A stretch of 63,360 bases of DNA, filler included, from Thraustochytrium aureum (taxonomy: Eukaryota), in NCBI GenBank assembly GCA_012862495.1. It is 6 parts of 3 records of this genome, joined end to end, with 100 filler letters (N's around TTAATTAATTAA, not from the genome) between each part and the next. Parts side by side here need not be neighbours in the genome. Positions count along the whole stretch, not along the records: positions 30,530 to 47,745 come from BLSG01000142.1; positions 47,846 to 53,308 come from BLSG01000142.1; 4 more parts are not named here. One strand, 5' to 3'. Below, piece after piece: positions 35,752 to 48,082 of this stretch. The notes under the pieces were generated by a model, which saw only the letters and a list, made by a program, of their open reading frames with translations, made no database searches and had not been told where the DNA came from. The translations under genes were made by a program, and so were the position numbers. Within the stretch, counting starts at the first letter, position 1. Each line of letters starts with the position of its first letter.

Positions 35752-38700
35752 ATGGAGGGGTGCAAGAGGAAGCACAAGACGAGGAAAAGGCCGTCGTACT
35801 CGTGCCCGATGTTTCGTGAACTTCATGAGGCGTTCGCGCTGCTGCAGCAGACGGACCCTGCTGCGCGCAAACGCAGCACCCTTTCGCGCATCGAGATCTG
35901 GCGCGAGGTCGCGCTGCGCACCAGACAAGCGTCTGGCCTTGGGGAGCACTACTATACGAGCCTGGCCACGTGCGAGCGCCCCTTGGCGAGGCTGACGAGA
36001 CCCAGATCCGCAAGGACATTGACAGGTCTGGGGCGGTCTGGAACGACGTCGCGAATCGCGCGGCCTGGCTCGCCAAGCTTGAGCGAGTGCTGCGCGCCTA
36101 CGCGCGCCACGACCGGGTAAACGGGTACACACAAGGGCTCAACCTCTTCGCGAGCGAGTTTCTGTTCGTGACGCGCAACGAGGAGCTCAGCTTTTGGCTA
36201 GTCATCCACGCCGTCGAGGATATCATACCCGACTACCACACGCGCGAGATGCGCGGTGTCAAGCGCGACGTCTGGGTCCTCAAGCAGCTCTTGGAGCAGC
36301 ACTTTCCGGAACTCATAGTGCACTTTCGCAACTGCCAGGTAGAGGACGCGTTCACGTACGTATTTATTGGGCCCCTGCTCAGCCTCTTCGCGACCGTGCT
36401 GCCCCCGGACGTCCTGCACGCCTTTTTCGACGTTCTCCTCACCAACGGGGTGACCACCATATTCGCTGCCTGGCTTGCCTTCTTCAAGATGTGCCAGCCT
36501 TTCCTGATGGAGCAGACTGACGCCGGGGGCATGCTCGATGCTCTCAACCACTCGCTAGAGACCTGGGGCACTCAGGCCTCTTTCCAGCGCTCGCTCCTGC
36601 AGTGGAGCGTCGTCCTGGACGCGGACGCCCTCGTCGAGTTTCGGAATAGCGCGCCAATGCACTTCCTAGACATGGACCTCGTCTCCAAGGCTGCCGCGAG
36701 CCACGTCGCCCTTGGCACACTGCGCGGAGGACACGGCAGTAGCTCCCACAGTGCCCTAGGACCCCACGCGAGCGCCTCGTCCTCTGTGTCAGGGGTTCTT
36801 TCCCCGCGCTCGCAGATGCGCAAGTTTGCCACAGAGCAGTCCAAGCCATCCCTGCGCAAGCGGTCTTGGACGCCGCCGCCGCCGCCGCCGCCGTTGCGCC
36901 GCGTTGCCGAGGCTCACCACGCCACGCAGGCTTCGGGGCTCTCTTCCCTCGCTGACGGGCAGGGCGACTGCGAGCAGCGCCCCTCAGCTGGGTCCTCCCC
37001 GCTGAATCTGAGCGTGGTGTGGATCGCCTTCAACCTTCGCAACCCGCTCAACTGCAACGCAGCCGACGAGTACCGGCAGTCGGCCGTAAGGATCTGCAAG
37101 GAGATCCTGGCCCTGGACGGTCTCGCCGACATTCTTGTCGCGGCCCCCAACGGTGTGCCGCTTGCCGGCCACCCCACCTCACTCTCCACGATGTTGCCCA
37201 CCAAGGCCAACTTGGATTTCGACCGGGGCCGGTGTGTTGAGGCCAAGGCCGACTCGCCTGCAGGCTCTGACCACCCCGCCGCTGGAGCTAGCGCTGGCGG
37301 GCCACCGAAGAATGCAGCCTCTGGCGCATGTGCACTGGCGCCTCCGAGCCCGGCGACGCGCACCAAGCAGCNNNNNNNNNNNNNNNNNNNNNNNNNNNNN
37401 NNNNNNNNNNNNNNNNNNNNNNNNNNNNNNNNNNNNNNNNNNNNNNNNNNNNNNNNNNNNNNNNNNNNNNNNNNNNNNNNNNNNNNNNNNNNNNNNNNNN
37501 NNNNNNNNNNNNNNNNNNNNNNNNNNNNNNNNNNNNNNNNNNNNNNNNNNNNNNNNNNNNNNNNNNNNNNNNNNNNNNNNNNNAACTTTTCTTCGATAGA
37601 GGCCCTGCTCACTGGCCTCATGGATGCCACGCAAGACCTTACCGCAGACAGGCTCGAGTCAGACCGCGCGTTCCCGCTCCTGGAGCGGCTCTGGCTCTGC
37701 CTCAAGATGGCACGGGACTGCATCCCGCTGTTTTATCATGCCAAGGTTCTGGGCGACGATTTTGCGCGCATCCTTCGCCAAGGGGTTCCCGCAAAGCCGC
37801 ACTGGAGCAAAAAAATCGCCAACGTGTTCCGCGGGGCACGCAAGGCGGCTCATCCAGCAGCAGCAGCTTCATTGCCGGAGGCGTGGGCGTCCAGAGAAGA
37901 GGACCCGCAGCCCCATGTCCAACCAGCGACAGCAGCGACAGCAGCGACGGCGGCAGGAGGCGGAAGGAGCGGAAACGGGGGCGGGGGCGGCCTGGCGGCG
38001 CAGAGCGCGGCCGCCTCGACGCCTTTGCTGGGGCGCACAGCGCAGCACGAGGCGTCGACAGCCGCGTCTTCTGTGGCCGCCCCGCTCACGAAACGCAAGG
38101 CGCGCCGCTTTGAGGAGCGGCTGCGCTACTGGCGCTCGCACCTTTTGGCCCTGTTGCTGGCGCGGAAAACGCATCAGGAAAACGCCGCTGCGGGTCTCTA
38201 CCGAGCCCTTGACGCGGAGCGCAGCAACACGATTGCCGAGTTGTTTCAGGGCATCAGCGCCAACATAACCGACCGTCTGACCAAGGAGCTGGCAGCTGCT
38301 GACGCGACCGCGTTGGACATCGAGCACTTTCTTTCCTCCCTCGGGCACCAACTTGCCGTCTGGGACATAGATCCGAGCGCCTCGCTGTACCTCGGTGCGT
38401 GGACAAGGGCTTGCCTAGCTGACCGGAGCGCTGTTCTCTCGCACCGCCGAGCCGCGAGCGCCGCTGCGGTCGCGTTCACAGGGCCGACTCTCCCTGCAAG
38501 CGTTCCCCACGGCCGCCCAGTGCCGCCGCCGACACCGCCGCGGCCTCAATTCTCTGGCCAGAGCCGGCCGAGCGGCACGACATCTTTGGCGCGAGTCGGC
38601 GATGGCGACGCAGCTCGAGCCGCCTTACGTGTCCCACCGCGGCCGATGGGGGGGCATGCTGCACGGCGCTCTGCGAGCGCGCCTGTTGCGCGCGTGCCCT

Positions 38701-39203
38701 CGCAGCACGAGACGGCGAGCGTCGCGCTCGACAAGCCGCTCCCTGTCGTCTACGAAGCGCGCGATCTCAATAGAGTCCGAGAGCAGTGTGCAGCCAAAGC
38801 GCAGCATGACCGGGCGTTGTACTGGGCGCTGCGAAGCAGCTACTACCTCGTTCTCGAGATGGGCAAGCTTGTTGAGCTTGTGCCTGGGACTGAATTGGCG
38901 GCGCAGCTCAAGCAACTCGCGACGCTTCTCCACAGCACCACGTATGATATTCAGGCGCGCCTGTGTGACTCGTCCCGCATCGAGCACGCAGCTGCGCAGC
39001 TCGAGCGCTACCTGGACATGTTTACGCTGCGCGAGACGCGGCAGGGCGTCGTGACACTTCTTCCCACGTCCGTCACGAACAATGCGACTCAAGTTTTGCT
39101 GGACGACCTCGAGGACCAGATCAAGCTTGTCAAGTGCAACACAGCGCGAGCGTACCTGGCCGACCAGTTCCGCCTCTTGGACGATGTGGTGAACGTCCTG
39201 TAA
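35752..39203 (+). CDS. TBC-domain Rab GTPase-activating protein (spans gap)
   Basis: QIRKDIDRS (Arg finger), GYTQGLN (Gln finger), EELSFW and PDYHT..M.G. Frameshift at the C4 run 35979-35982. Confidence 0.85.
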
Positions 39204-40347
39204 AGTTGTACAAATTAAATTTGCGAAACGCCACGGCTCTGTCTTCCGTGCCGCCACAATGTCTCTTGCTCGGAACGCGCAATAGCGGCTCAGCAGAAGC
39301 GCTCGTCTTGATTTTCGACACCCGCTCGAGCCTCCGTCGTCCCGTCCCAACCAAAAAGGAACGCTGCGCTGCGCTGCGCTGCGCTGCATCGGAAGCTCGA
39401 CTTCTTCGCATGTCTGACTTGTTGAAATGAATCGAACAAAATCCTGCAGCTGCAGGCCACATCCTGCGCGCGAGCCCATTGTCACGAGCATGGCCTGTAA
39501 TGCAATTGGGACTCTGTCGTGTCCCTTTGGGGGGCGAGGGTCTTGGGCAGTTTATCGCCTTTGTCGTACAAACTGCCGCTGTTCTCCATTATCCAAAAGC
39601 CAACACAGTTTAGCCGTTCACTTGGGCAGACTGCCTCCNNNNNNNNNNNNNNNNNNNNNNNNNNNNNNNNNNNNNNNNNNNNNNNNNNNNNNNNNNNNNN
39701 NNNNNNNNNNNNNNNNNNNNNNNNNNNNNNNNNNNNNNNNNNNNNNNNNNNNNNNNNNNNNNNNNNNNNNNNNNNNNNNNNNNNNNNNNNNNNNNNNNNN
39801 NNNNNNNNNNNNNNNNNNNNNNNNNNNNNNNNNNNNNNNNNNNNNNNNNNNNNNNNNNNNNNNNNNNNNNNNNNNNNNNNNNNNNNNNNNNNNNNNNNNN
39901 NNNNNNNNNNNNNNNNNNNNNNNNNNNNNNNNNNNNNNNNNNNNNNNNNNNNNNNNNNNNNNNNNNNNNNNNNNNNNNNNNNNNNNNNNNNNNNNNNNNN
40001 NNNNNNNNNNNNNNNNNNNNNNNNNNNNNNNNNNNNNNNNNNNNNNNNNNNNNNNNNNNNNNNNNNNNNNNNNNNNNNNNNNNNNNNNNNNNNNNNNNNN
40101 NNNNNNNNNNNNNNNNNNNNNNNNNNNNNNNNNNNNNNNNNNNNNNNNNNNNNNNNNNNNNNNNNNNNNNNNNNNNNNNNNNNNNNNNNNNNNNNNNNNN
40201 NNNNNNNNNNNNNNNNNNNNNNNNNNNNNNNNNNNNNNNNNNNNNNNNNNNNNNNNNNNNNNNNNNNNNNNNNNNNNNNNNNNNNNNNNNNNNNNNNNNN
40301 NNNNNNNNNNNNNNNNNNNNNNNNNNNNNNNNNNNNNNNNNNNNNNT

Positions 40348-41215
40348 GCTTTGCGCAAAACCTCCTCTACCTGAAAGGCCCGGAGACGGGCTCAACCACG
40401 ACAGCGGGATGATGCGCCGAGTCGGGTCGCGGTTCGGGCTGCGGTGTGTCGCGTGCGAGAAACACGACAACACAAAGTTGGTCGAGCCGCGGCTGCTTGC
40501 GAGCCACGTATCGATTTCGGACCAGCGGTTTATTGAACGGTCGTGGCGGCTGCAAACGTTTGTGGTGGCCACCGTGCGCGACCCTGTCGAGCGCTGCTTG
40601 TCCATGTACTTTCACCACGGCCTGCGCGAAGCTGGCCAAAAGGGCTCGCCTCAAGACATAGTCAACTGGTCACGCGGCAAGCACTGCTACAACTATTTGT
40701 ACGAATACTACATGATGAAAGAGCGGAGCCGTGGCGCCGTGCACAAGGTCGACTTTATCGTCGTCGCGGAGCGGTACCACGAATCGCTTGTGATTTTGGC
40801 GCACTTTCTGGGCCTCTCGTTCGGCGACCTACTCTATTTGCCGTCCACAGCGCCCGCGGAAGCCGCGCCGGTGACGGCGGGAAACAGAACGCGCGGGCTG
40901 GCTGGCCACAAGCCGCTTGCTGAGCAGGCGGAGCTCGTGCGCACGTTTTTCGAGAGCGAGACCTTTCGCCGCCGGAACAGCGACGAGTACGCGATGTACT
41001 ATGATGCAAACCAAAGGCTCGAGTCGTACAAGCAAGCTATTGGCAAGAGCCGCGCGCACCACCAGGTCCTCCTTTTGCGGTGGCACCTGCGCGAGGTGGC
41101 GAAGCGGTGTCCCTTTGACGCCAACAATTGCTACCGACAAGGCACCGGGTGCTCGTACTCGTGTCTGGACGCTTACGGTAAGTTTGGGGAGACGGCGGCG
41201 GCCTTGCTTGCGTAG
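40348..41215 (+). CDS. Golgi-type (galactose-3-O/carbohydrate) sulfotransferase-like, 5' end in gap
   Basis: 5'-PSB-like YLKGPETGSTT, 3'-PB-like VRDPVERCLSMY and DFIVVAERYHESL. One G is missing at 40406-40408. Confidence 0.7.
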
Positions 41216-41350
41216 GCGCATGGACTAACTTTGTGCCACCCCCCGCCCACCAGCGACTGAGAACGAGCTGTGGACGCCCCTGACCCAGCTGTTTTGAGGC
41301 TCCCCGGCCTTGGCCATCGCGCGCTTTTGGCGCTGGGACAAACTGGACGA

Positions 41351-41458
41351 GACGAGGTAACAAACGAGCGACGGCAACGCAGGTTGTATTCCCTGGCTCG
41401 CCATTCGACGAGGTAGCAAACGAACGACGGCAACAAAGGTTAAATTCCCTGGCTCGCC
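41351..41458. repeat. Tandem duplication of about 56 bp
   Basis: gacgaggta.caaacga.cgacggcaac..aggtt..attccctggctcgcc present twice. Confidence 0.8.
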
Positions 41459-41659
41459 GAATGGCCATCTCCCATCTACCTACAAATGAGCCGCACGCGC
41501 TTGTAGCCCATCCTCCGGGACTCGAAGCGCGTCTTTCGGCCGTGCCGACTCGGCAGCTGCGCTGTCGAAACGCAACAGCTCCTTGCGTTCAGAGGCTACT
41601 GCCTGTGGCTGTTGCCTGGTGCGCGACAGACCGCGCGGGGCGCGCTGGTCTGCTTCTAT

Positions 41660-42331
41660 TCAACAGCAGCCTCCCTGCTGTGCAGCATTCGCTTTGGCGT
41701 TGTTGGCAGCGGAGATGTCGACCGACTCCCCTTGCAGCTTGAACTCTGAGCCGTCATCCATCGCCTTCGACTCGGCTTCCAGTTTTTTCACGCGGGTCAC
41801 GTGGTGGTCAAAGATCTTTTCGATCACGTGCTCGAACGCGTGGTTGACAGCGTCGCCCTTGAGCGCAGAAGCCTCGACGAAATAGAGCCCGTGTTGCTCG
41901 GCAAAGGCTCGGCCTTCGTCGGCAGAGACGGCGCGGGCTGATTCCATGTCGCTCTTGTTGCCGACGAGCATGAGCTTGATGTTGGCGTCGGCGTTGCCCT
42001 GCACCTCGCTGAGCCAGCGCTTGAGGTTCTCGAACGTCTCGCGGTCTGTGATGTCGTACACGAGCAGGGCGCCGACGGCGCCGCGGTAGTACGCCTTCGT
42101 GATGGCGCGGTACCGCTCTTGGCCGGCCGTGTCCCAGATCTGCGCCTTCACGGTGCGCCCCTTGACCTCGAGCTCCTTGGTCGCAAACTCGACCCCGATC
42201 GTGTGCTTGGTGTCATACGTAAAGTCGTCATGCCGGTACCGCGCCAGCAGGCAGGTCTTGCCCACGCCCGAGTCGCCGATCAGCACAATCTTGAACAAAA
42301 AGTCATACCCGCGTGAATCCGTCAGCGCCAT
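41660..42331 (-). CDS. RAB11: Rab11-family GTPase, intronless
   Basis: [58 protein letters not shown] and a C-terminal GGCC prenylation site. Confidence 0.92.
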   Translation of the reverse strand: MALTDSRGYDFLFKIVLIGDSGVGKTCLLARYRHDDFTYDTKHTIGVEFATKELEVKGRTVKAQIWDTAGQERYRAITKAYYRGAVGALLVYDITDRETFENLKRWLSEVQGNADANIKLMLVGNKSDMESARAVSADEGRAFAEQHGLYFVEASALKGDAVNHAFEHVIEKIFDHHVTRVKKLEAESKAMDDGSEFKLQGESVDISAANNAKANAAQQGGCC

Positions 42332-43986
42332 CTGGCCTCGTCGCTCCGCTGCGTCGCCGCGCACTCCCCCAAGACGCACCGACCGACCCCCTGTGTCAAC
42401 CGCCGCTTCGTCGCAAGCTCGACCCTGCTCCGCCTCAGCTGCCGCGGCTGCGGCGGCTCGAACCAAGCCCGCGTGCGCTGGCCCGAACGCAGCCTACGCC
42501 TGCCTCCTTCTGCTGCTGCAACTGCTGCTGCACCTGCTGCAACTGCTGCTGCTGCTCCGCTGCCGGTCTGCCGCGCGTTGGAGCACTGTCCGCAAGCGAC
42601 TCGATGCTGGTACAGGCGCTGTTCGGTGCGCGATGGGGCATACTGCTGAGATTCAATAGCAACTCCTGCGCAAGCACCGGCGAATAATACCCACATCGCA
42701 GATCGTTGTTGCGGTACAGGAATCTCGCGAGAAACCTGCAACGAACGAGGCCGTGTCTCGCCCTGGTTGTGCCGTGTGGAGATGCCGGAACGGAGGGGTA
42801 CTAGTATCGGTAAGTTTTGCAAAACAAATTGAATCAGCAGAATTCAGAAAACTCAGCTCGGGAGAAGGAAAAGGACTGGAAACGTCGTGTACTTTCCGTT
42901 CCGAAGGTACTTAGGCTATTCAGAGTACAAGCTAGTTCGAGTGCCAGTACTGCCGGTAGACTGGATGAGAACAGGCCCCTAAAACGCCGTGAGACGGGCG
43001 CACAAGCACATAACGATCAGCTCGTTGCTCTCCCCCCTGCACGCCGACCCTGTTCTCTGTTCTCTGGGCGGCTGCGCGCGGAATCGTTCCCCGTCGTTCG
43101 CTGGCGCCGGTGGGGTTAGGGTTTCTAAGGTGGTGGAGGAGTGGCTGCCTCGGTTGGCTGCGGGGGCGGCCAGAGGGTCTTTGGAGGGCGCCGCGGGGGG
43201 AGACTGTCGCGCTGGTGGTTTGTGGTTTTTGCGTGCGGTGCGCAGGGCGCAGGCGACNNNNNNNNNNNNNNNNNNNNNNNNNNNNNNNNNNNNNNNNNNN
43301 NNNNNNNNNNNNNNNNNNNNNNNNNNNNNNNNNNNNNNNNNNNNNNNNNNNNNNNNNNNNNNNNNNNNNNNNNNNNNNNNNNNNNNNNNNNNNNNNNNNN
43401 NNNNNNNNNNNNNNNNNNNNNNNNNNNNNNNNNNNNNNNNNNNNNNNNNNNNNNNNNNNNNNNNNNNNNNNNNNNNNNNNNNNNNNNNNNNNNNNNNNNN
43501 NNNNNNNNNNNNNNNNNNNNNNNNNNNNNNNNNNNNNNNNNNNNNNNNNNNNNNNNNNNNNNNNNNNNNNNNNNNNNNNNNNNNNNNNNNNNNNNNNNNN
43601 NNNNNNNNNNNNNNNNNNNNNNNNNNNNNNNNNNNNNNNNNNNNNNNNNNNNNNNNNNNNNNNNNNNNNNNNNNNNNNNNNNNNNNNNNNNNNNNNNNNN
43701 NNNNNNNNNNNNNNNNNNNNNNNNNNNNNNNNNNNNNNNNNNNNNNNNNNNNNNNNNNNNNNNNNNNNNNNNNNNNNNNNNNNNNNNNNNNNNNNNNNNN
43801 NNNNNNNNNNNNNNNNNNNNNNNNNNNNNNNNNNNNNNNNNNNNNNNNNNNNNNNNNNNNNNNNNNNNNNNNNNNNNNNNNNNNNNNNNNNNNNNNNNNN
43901 NNNNNNNNNNNNNNNNNNNNNNNNNNNNNNNNNNNNNNNNNNNNNNNNNNNNNNNNNNNNNNNNNNNNNNNNNNNNNNNNNNNNNT

Positions 43987-44017
<31 letters not shown>

Positions 44018-45087
44018 CAAAAACGCAGGCGAGTTGGGGTTTGCTGTCGTTCGGAGCAAAGGCTCCTCGACGTCCGGCCCAGCCTTGCCGCTGCTTGAGC
44101 GTGCAAAGCCGGACCGCAGTCCTCAGCTGGGCCCCTGGCACTCTTGCCTGGCATACGGCGCGGCATTGCGCACCACCGCGCGAGCCTCACCTCCCGCCAT
44201 GTACTGTTGCACCTTGCGGACAACAAAGCCGACTGCGTCAATCAGCAATCACACCATCTTGCCTCACCGCTCAGCACTACACGCTCGCAGCAAGCCGCTG
44301 CGCACTTGCTCAATCCACTCCTCGCCGCTCGCGCCTGCTCCTGCCCGGTCTCGTTCAGGGTCTGCCCCGGCGCCAAAGTCGTCTAGGTGCGCCCCGGCCG
44401 CCAAAACCATAATTCCGTGCGACAATCTCCGCTCCAACGTGTCCCAAAACCCGTCCAGAAGCGTCTTGGTTTGAAAGCAAAAGAGCACCTTGCGAGTTTG
44501 GCCCGATGCGCGCTGCGGCTGCAGAACGACGCCGGAGAGCCAAGCGTGCGGGGCTCGCGACGGCACGGGTTGTAGATAGCGCCGGCTCGAGAGGGGCGAG
44601 CGGCGATGGTTGATGGCCATCGCTCGTCCCGTGACACCCGTGGTGCCTGTTGGGCACGCTGCAGTGACGACCGGCGGATGGGGCGAGCGGCTGGCGCCGG
44701 CGCGGCCTCGTCCCTGTGGACTTTAGAAGGGCCGCGACCAGAGATGTGGGGTGATGCGAATCTCTTTTTCTTGCTGCGCGAGGCGCTCGCGCTCGGCGCG
44801 AATTTCCTCAGGTGTCGGCCTGGTCTTTCGACCAGGCCGCCAACTTCATCCGCCGCTGCCGCATTCACGGATTACAGGTTCGGGCACCTTGCCCGTGACA
44901 ACTTGACGGATGCGCCGGCCGACGTAGCCAAACACATCCTTGAACAATCACGCCATGGGACAACCCTTGCGAAGGCTCGTCCGACGCCACCGGTAGATGT
45001 AGAGTTCTCAAGAGCTTGCTGGCACTCACGAACCTCTCTTGACTTCTGCACGCGTTGCTCGATCCCTGCGCGTCGGGGCTTGGAGTC

Positions 45088-45164
45088 GCAGCCCAGCCCA
45101 GCCCAGTCCAGCCCAGCGCAGCCCAGCGCAGCCCAGCGCAGCCCAGCGCAGCCCAGCGCAGCCC
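45088..45164. repeat. Minisatellite (GCAGCCCAGC)n
   Basis: About seven 10-bp units visible directly. Confidence 0.85.
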
Positions 45165-45708
45165 GCTTGCCTTTCCGGATCTGCTGCCTGCGTTGCATTG
45201 GCGCTCCAACGACAGAGCAACCCTCGCCTCGGGCTTGCTCTGCTCGGCGTTTAGCGATCCAAGTCATGGCAGGTTTGTGGGGCGCTTCAGTTCAGATCGA
45301 CAGGACGCACCTGGCGTGCGGTCTAGGAGGTAAGGAGGTACCTAGAGTACTCTACTACCAACCCTCTGCATGCGGAACAGACCTTTTCGTTTCGTTTCCT
45401 GCATTCCTCGAACAGGAACAGCGACTTGTACAGCCATGCTACCGGGCCGCCGAATGCGTGCTTGCAAGCGAGCAACTCATGCACCTGCACAGGTCCCTGC
45501 CGTGGCACAAAATCCTGCTCGGACCCCAAAAAAAGCGCCCAAAACTCGAATCCATGACTGCAGTTCTTTCAGCCGGGAGGGTGCCGACTCCAACGGACAC
45601 TTTTTCGCATCATCGATGAGTGAGTTCATGCTCGAGCAGCATCGCTTGCGACTCGAGAGCAGAGCGGGAGCGGAGCGAGAGCAGAGCCGAGTGGAAATCG
45701 CAGCAACC

Positions 45709-45779
45709 CGCCGCCATCGCGCCGCCATCGCGCCGCCATCGCGCCGCCATCGCGCCGCCATCGCGCCGCCAACGCGCCG
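45709..45779. repeat. Minisatellite (CGCGCCGCCAT)n
   Basis: About six 11-bp units visible directly. Confidence 0.85.
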
Positions 45780-46243
45780 CTACTCTGCCAAAGACTACGC
45801 AACAACTACGCAGCAGCAAGGCGCCACCAACACTACATCGACGCAACGAGGCACACTACGCACAGCGGCAACGCAGCAACATTGTCGCGGCCTGGCAGCA
45901 GGTGGCCTGCAGCTTTATTCTAGTTTGAGCTCTGCGGCGTGGCGCTGCGCGCCCTCGGGCCTTGCAATTAGAGCGGCAGCGGGCCGGCGGCCTAGCGCCT
46001 CGTTAACGGGCGAAGCGAAGAACCCGCAGAGCGGCTTGGCGACGTGGACGCGCTCGCGCATTGGCCTGCTGACTCGGGTGCAAGCTGGGAGCGCCTCGGA
46101 CGGCAACGCGCCTCGTCGATTGGCGTCGTGGAGCCTGTGGTGACAAGACCAAGGCTCGCGCTTGGAACGGGAGGTAGGTCTGCGGGCTGTGGAAGTGGGA
46201 CGTGGCCCCGCGCTGCCGCGTCTCGGTCGGCCGCAGGCGAGAC

Positions 46244-47644
46244 ATGGCGCAGGCGATCACGCCGCTGGAGGCGCGGGTGGTCCGCGACTCGTCCGCCCTG
46301 AGCGTGCCAGGGGCAAAGCAGGAATGCGTCAAGGTAAACAAAGGTTCGGTCATCAGGATTACGCACAAGTACCAGGGGGCGTATTATGGCACGCTTCGCG
46401 ATGGGACCTCGCTGTGGCTTGATGGGGCACTCCTCGAGCTGCTCGTGGACGTGCAAAAGAAAGCAAACCTCAGCAAGGGTCCATCGACATCATCAACACG
46501 TAAAGCAGAGGCAACCGGCAATTCGTCAGCCGCAAAGCCGGGAAGACCAGCGGTCGCGCTGCACACTTTTGATGCCAAGGCTCAAAAGATCAACGGCGGC
46601 GTCACCGTAGCCAAGGGGGACGCGCTTGACGTTCTTGGTCAAGAAGGCCAGTGGTTTTTCGCGTTGAACTTGCGCACGAACGAAAGCGGGATCGTGCCGG
46701 TCACCTTTGTGCGGCTCGCAGGCCAAGCCAGCCCAGACCCAGCAAGACAGCAGCTCGGTGGCGCCCATGCAGTCGACGAGGTTGAGCACAAGGAGTCTGA
46801 GGACTCGTCCTCGGAGAGCAGCGATAGCGACAGCAGCGACAGCAGCGACAGCGACAGCGAAGATGAAAGCGAGTCTGCGGGCCGAGCTCAGGGAATGGCG
46901 CCCACTGCCAACCCGACTGAGGCTGCTGTTGTGGAGCAAGCAAAGCTCAAGCTTGCCTTGGCAGAAGGAACCCGTGCATCTGCAGGTGGCGCTGGGCATT
47001 CAACGGACGGGGAGGACGACGCGAGCAGCAGCGACACAGACCAGAGCGTGGATGCAGCAGCTGGCGACCCATCAGAGACCGTCGCATCGACAGGCTCGAA
47101 AGCGGTCGTGGATGGGCCCGGCTCGGCTTTGGTCGTGGCGGAGGGCTGTGTGCCGTCCTTGCAAAGCCTGTGTGCACAGTATATTGACCGCCAGGAGGGC
47201 GTGGACGAGATTACCAAAGCGGTGGTGCGCGATTTTCGGGCGCACTGCTCTCGTGGCTACGCGCTCGTGATGCTCCGCGAGCTCCGGAAGCGAACCTTGC
47301 TGCACCGGCAGCAACTGTTGCAGCTCAAGCGGCAGTTTTTGCACCAGATCGAGGTCGAGCACGGCGTGCTGCTCAACGAGATTGACCGCCTCAGCAGCAA
47401 CGAGTCTTATCAGCAGCTGGAGGCCAAGGTGGAGGACCTGGAGCAGCAGCTGCGCGAGAAGGACGCCACTGTCCAGCTCTTCCATGACCGCGCGTCAGCG
47501 CTGCAGGATAAGCTCGCAGCTATTGAGAACAAGCGCTGGCTTGACGGCGAGCTCGCCTCGCTGGACCGCAGCAGCGGCGGCCCAAGGAGTCCGAAGCGTG
47601 GCGCAGGCGAAAAGAACACGGCGGCGGCGCCGTTGCGCGAATAG
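46244..47644 (+). CDS. SH3-domain and coiled-coil protein
   Basis: SH3: AVALHTFDA..VAKGD.L.V...WF.A...SGIVPVTFV. There is probably a second, degenerate SH3 at the N-terminus, followed by a Ser/Asp tract and a C-terminal coiled coil. Confidence 0.7.
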   Translation: MAQAITPLEARVVRDSSALSVPGAKQECVKVNKGSVIRITHKYQGAYYGTLRDGTSLWLDGALLELLVDVQKKANLSKGPSTSSTRKAEATGNSSAAKPGRPAVALHTFDAKAQKINGGVTVAKGDALDVLGQEGQWFFALNLRTNESGIVPVTFVRLAGQASPDPARQQLGGAHAVDEVEHKESEDSSSESSDSDSSDSSDSDSEDESESAGRAQGMAPTANPTEAAVVEQAKLKLALAEGTRASAGGAGHSTDGEDDASSSDTDQSVDAAAGDPSETVASTGSKAVVDGPGSALVVAEGCVPSLQSLCAQYIDRQEGVDEITKAVVRDFRAHCSRGYALVMLRELRKRTLLHRQQLLQLKRQFLHQIEVEHGVLLNEIDRLSSNESYQQLEAKVEDLEQQLREKDATVQLFHDRASALQDKLAAIENKRWLDGELASLDRSSGGPRSPKRGAGEKNTAAAPLRE

Positions 47645-47789
47645 AGCTGCTAAGCGCTCGAGTAGGTAGCATCCAACATCAATTGAACGAACAGCCAACC
47701 GGGCAGTGCACGTCATGCTGGTTGCAAGCTTGCTGGCAGCAAGGANNNNNNNNNNNNNNNNNNNNNNNNNNNNNNNNNNNNNNNNNNNN

Positions 47790-47801
47790 TTAATTAATTA
47801 A
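47790..47801. other. Artificial scaffold linker
   Basis: TTAATTAATTAA within Ns. Confidence 0.95.
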
Positions 47802-48082
47802 NNNNNNNNNNNNNNNNNNNNNNNNNNNNNNNNNNNNNNNNNNNNGGGTTGTGCATGGCATGCTCGAGCAGGCGCAGAATTGGCGCGGGCGTTGGCGCAT
47901 TGAGCGGTTGCTGGTTCGCGCAGGACCTGTTCCAGGCATCGACGAGTATGTACCACTGACAAGCTCGCTTCTTCATCAGCAGCAACGCAAGCAGGCCAAG
48001 CAGAGCGCGGCCCTGCGCGTACGTTCTTTGGCGCGACCGGCGGCTCGAGCCGAAAGTCGGGCGCTTGCCAGTGCCATCTGGG

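Noticed and set aside
35752..42331. TBC GAP and Rab11 on the same scaffold as a functional cluster
   Set aside because: They are separated by an unrelated gene and both families are large, so proximity is weak evidence.
43985..45620. Possible spliced minus-strand gene
   Set aside because: Coding-like fragments are present, but I could not establish a consistent frame or family.
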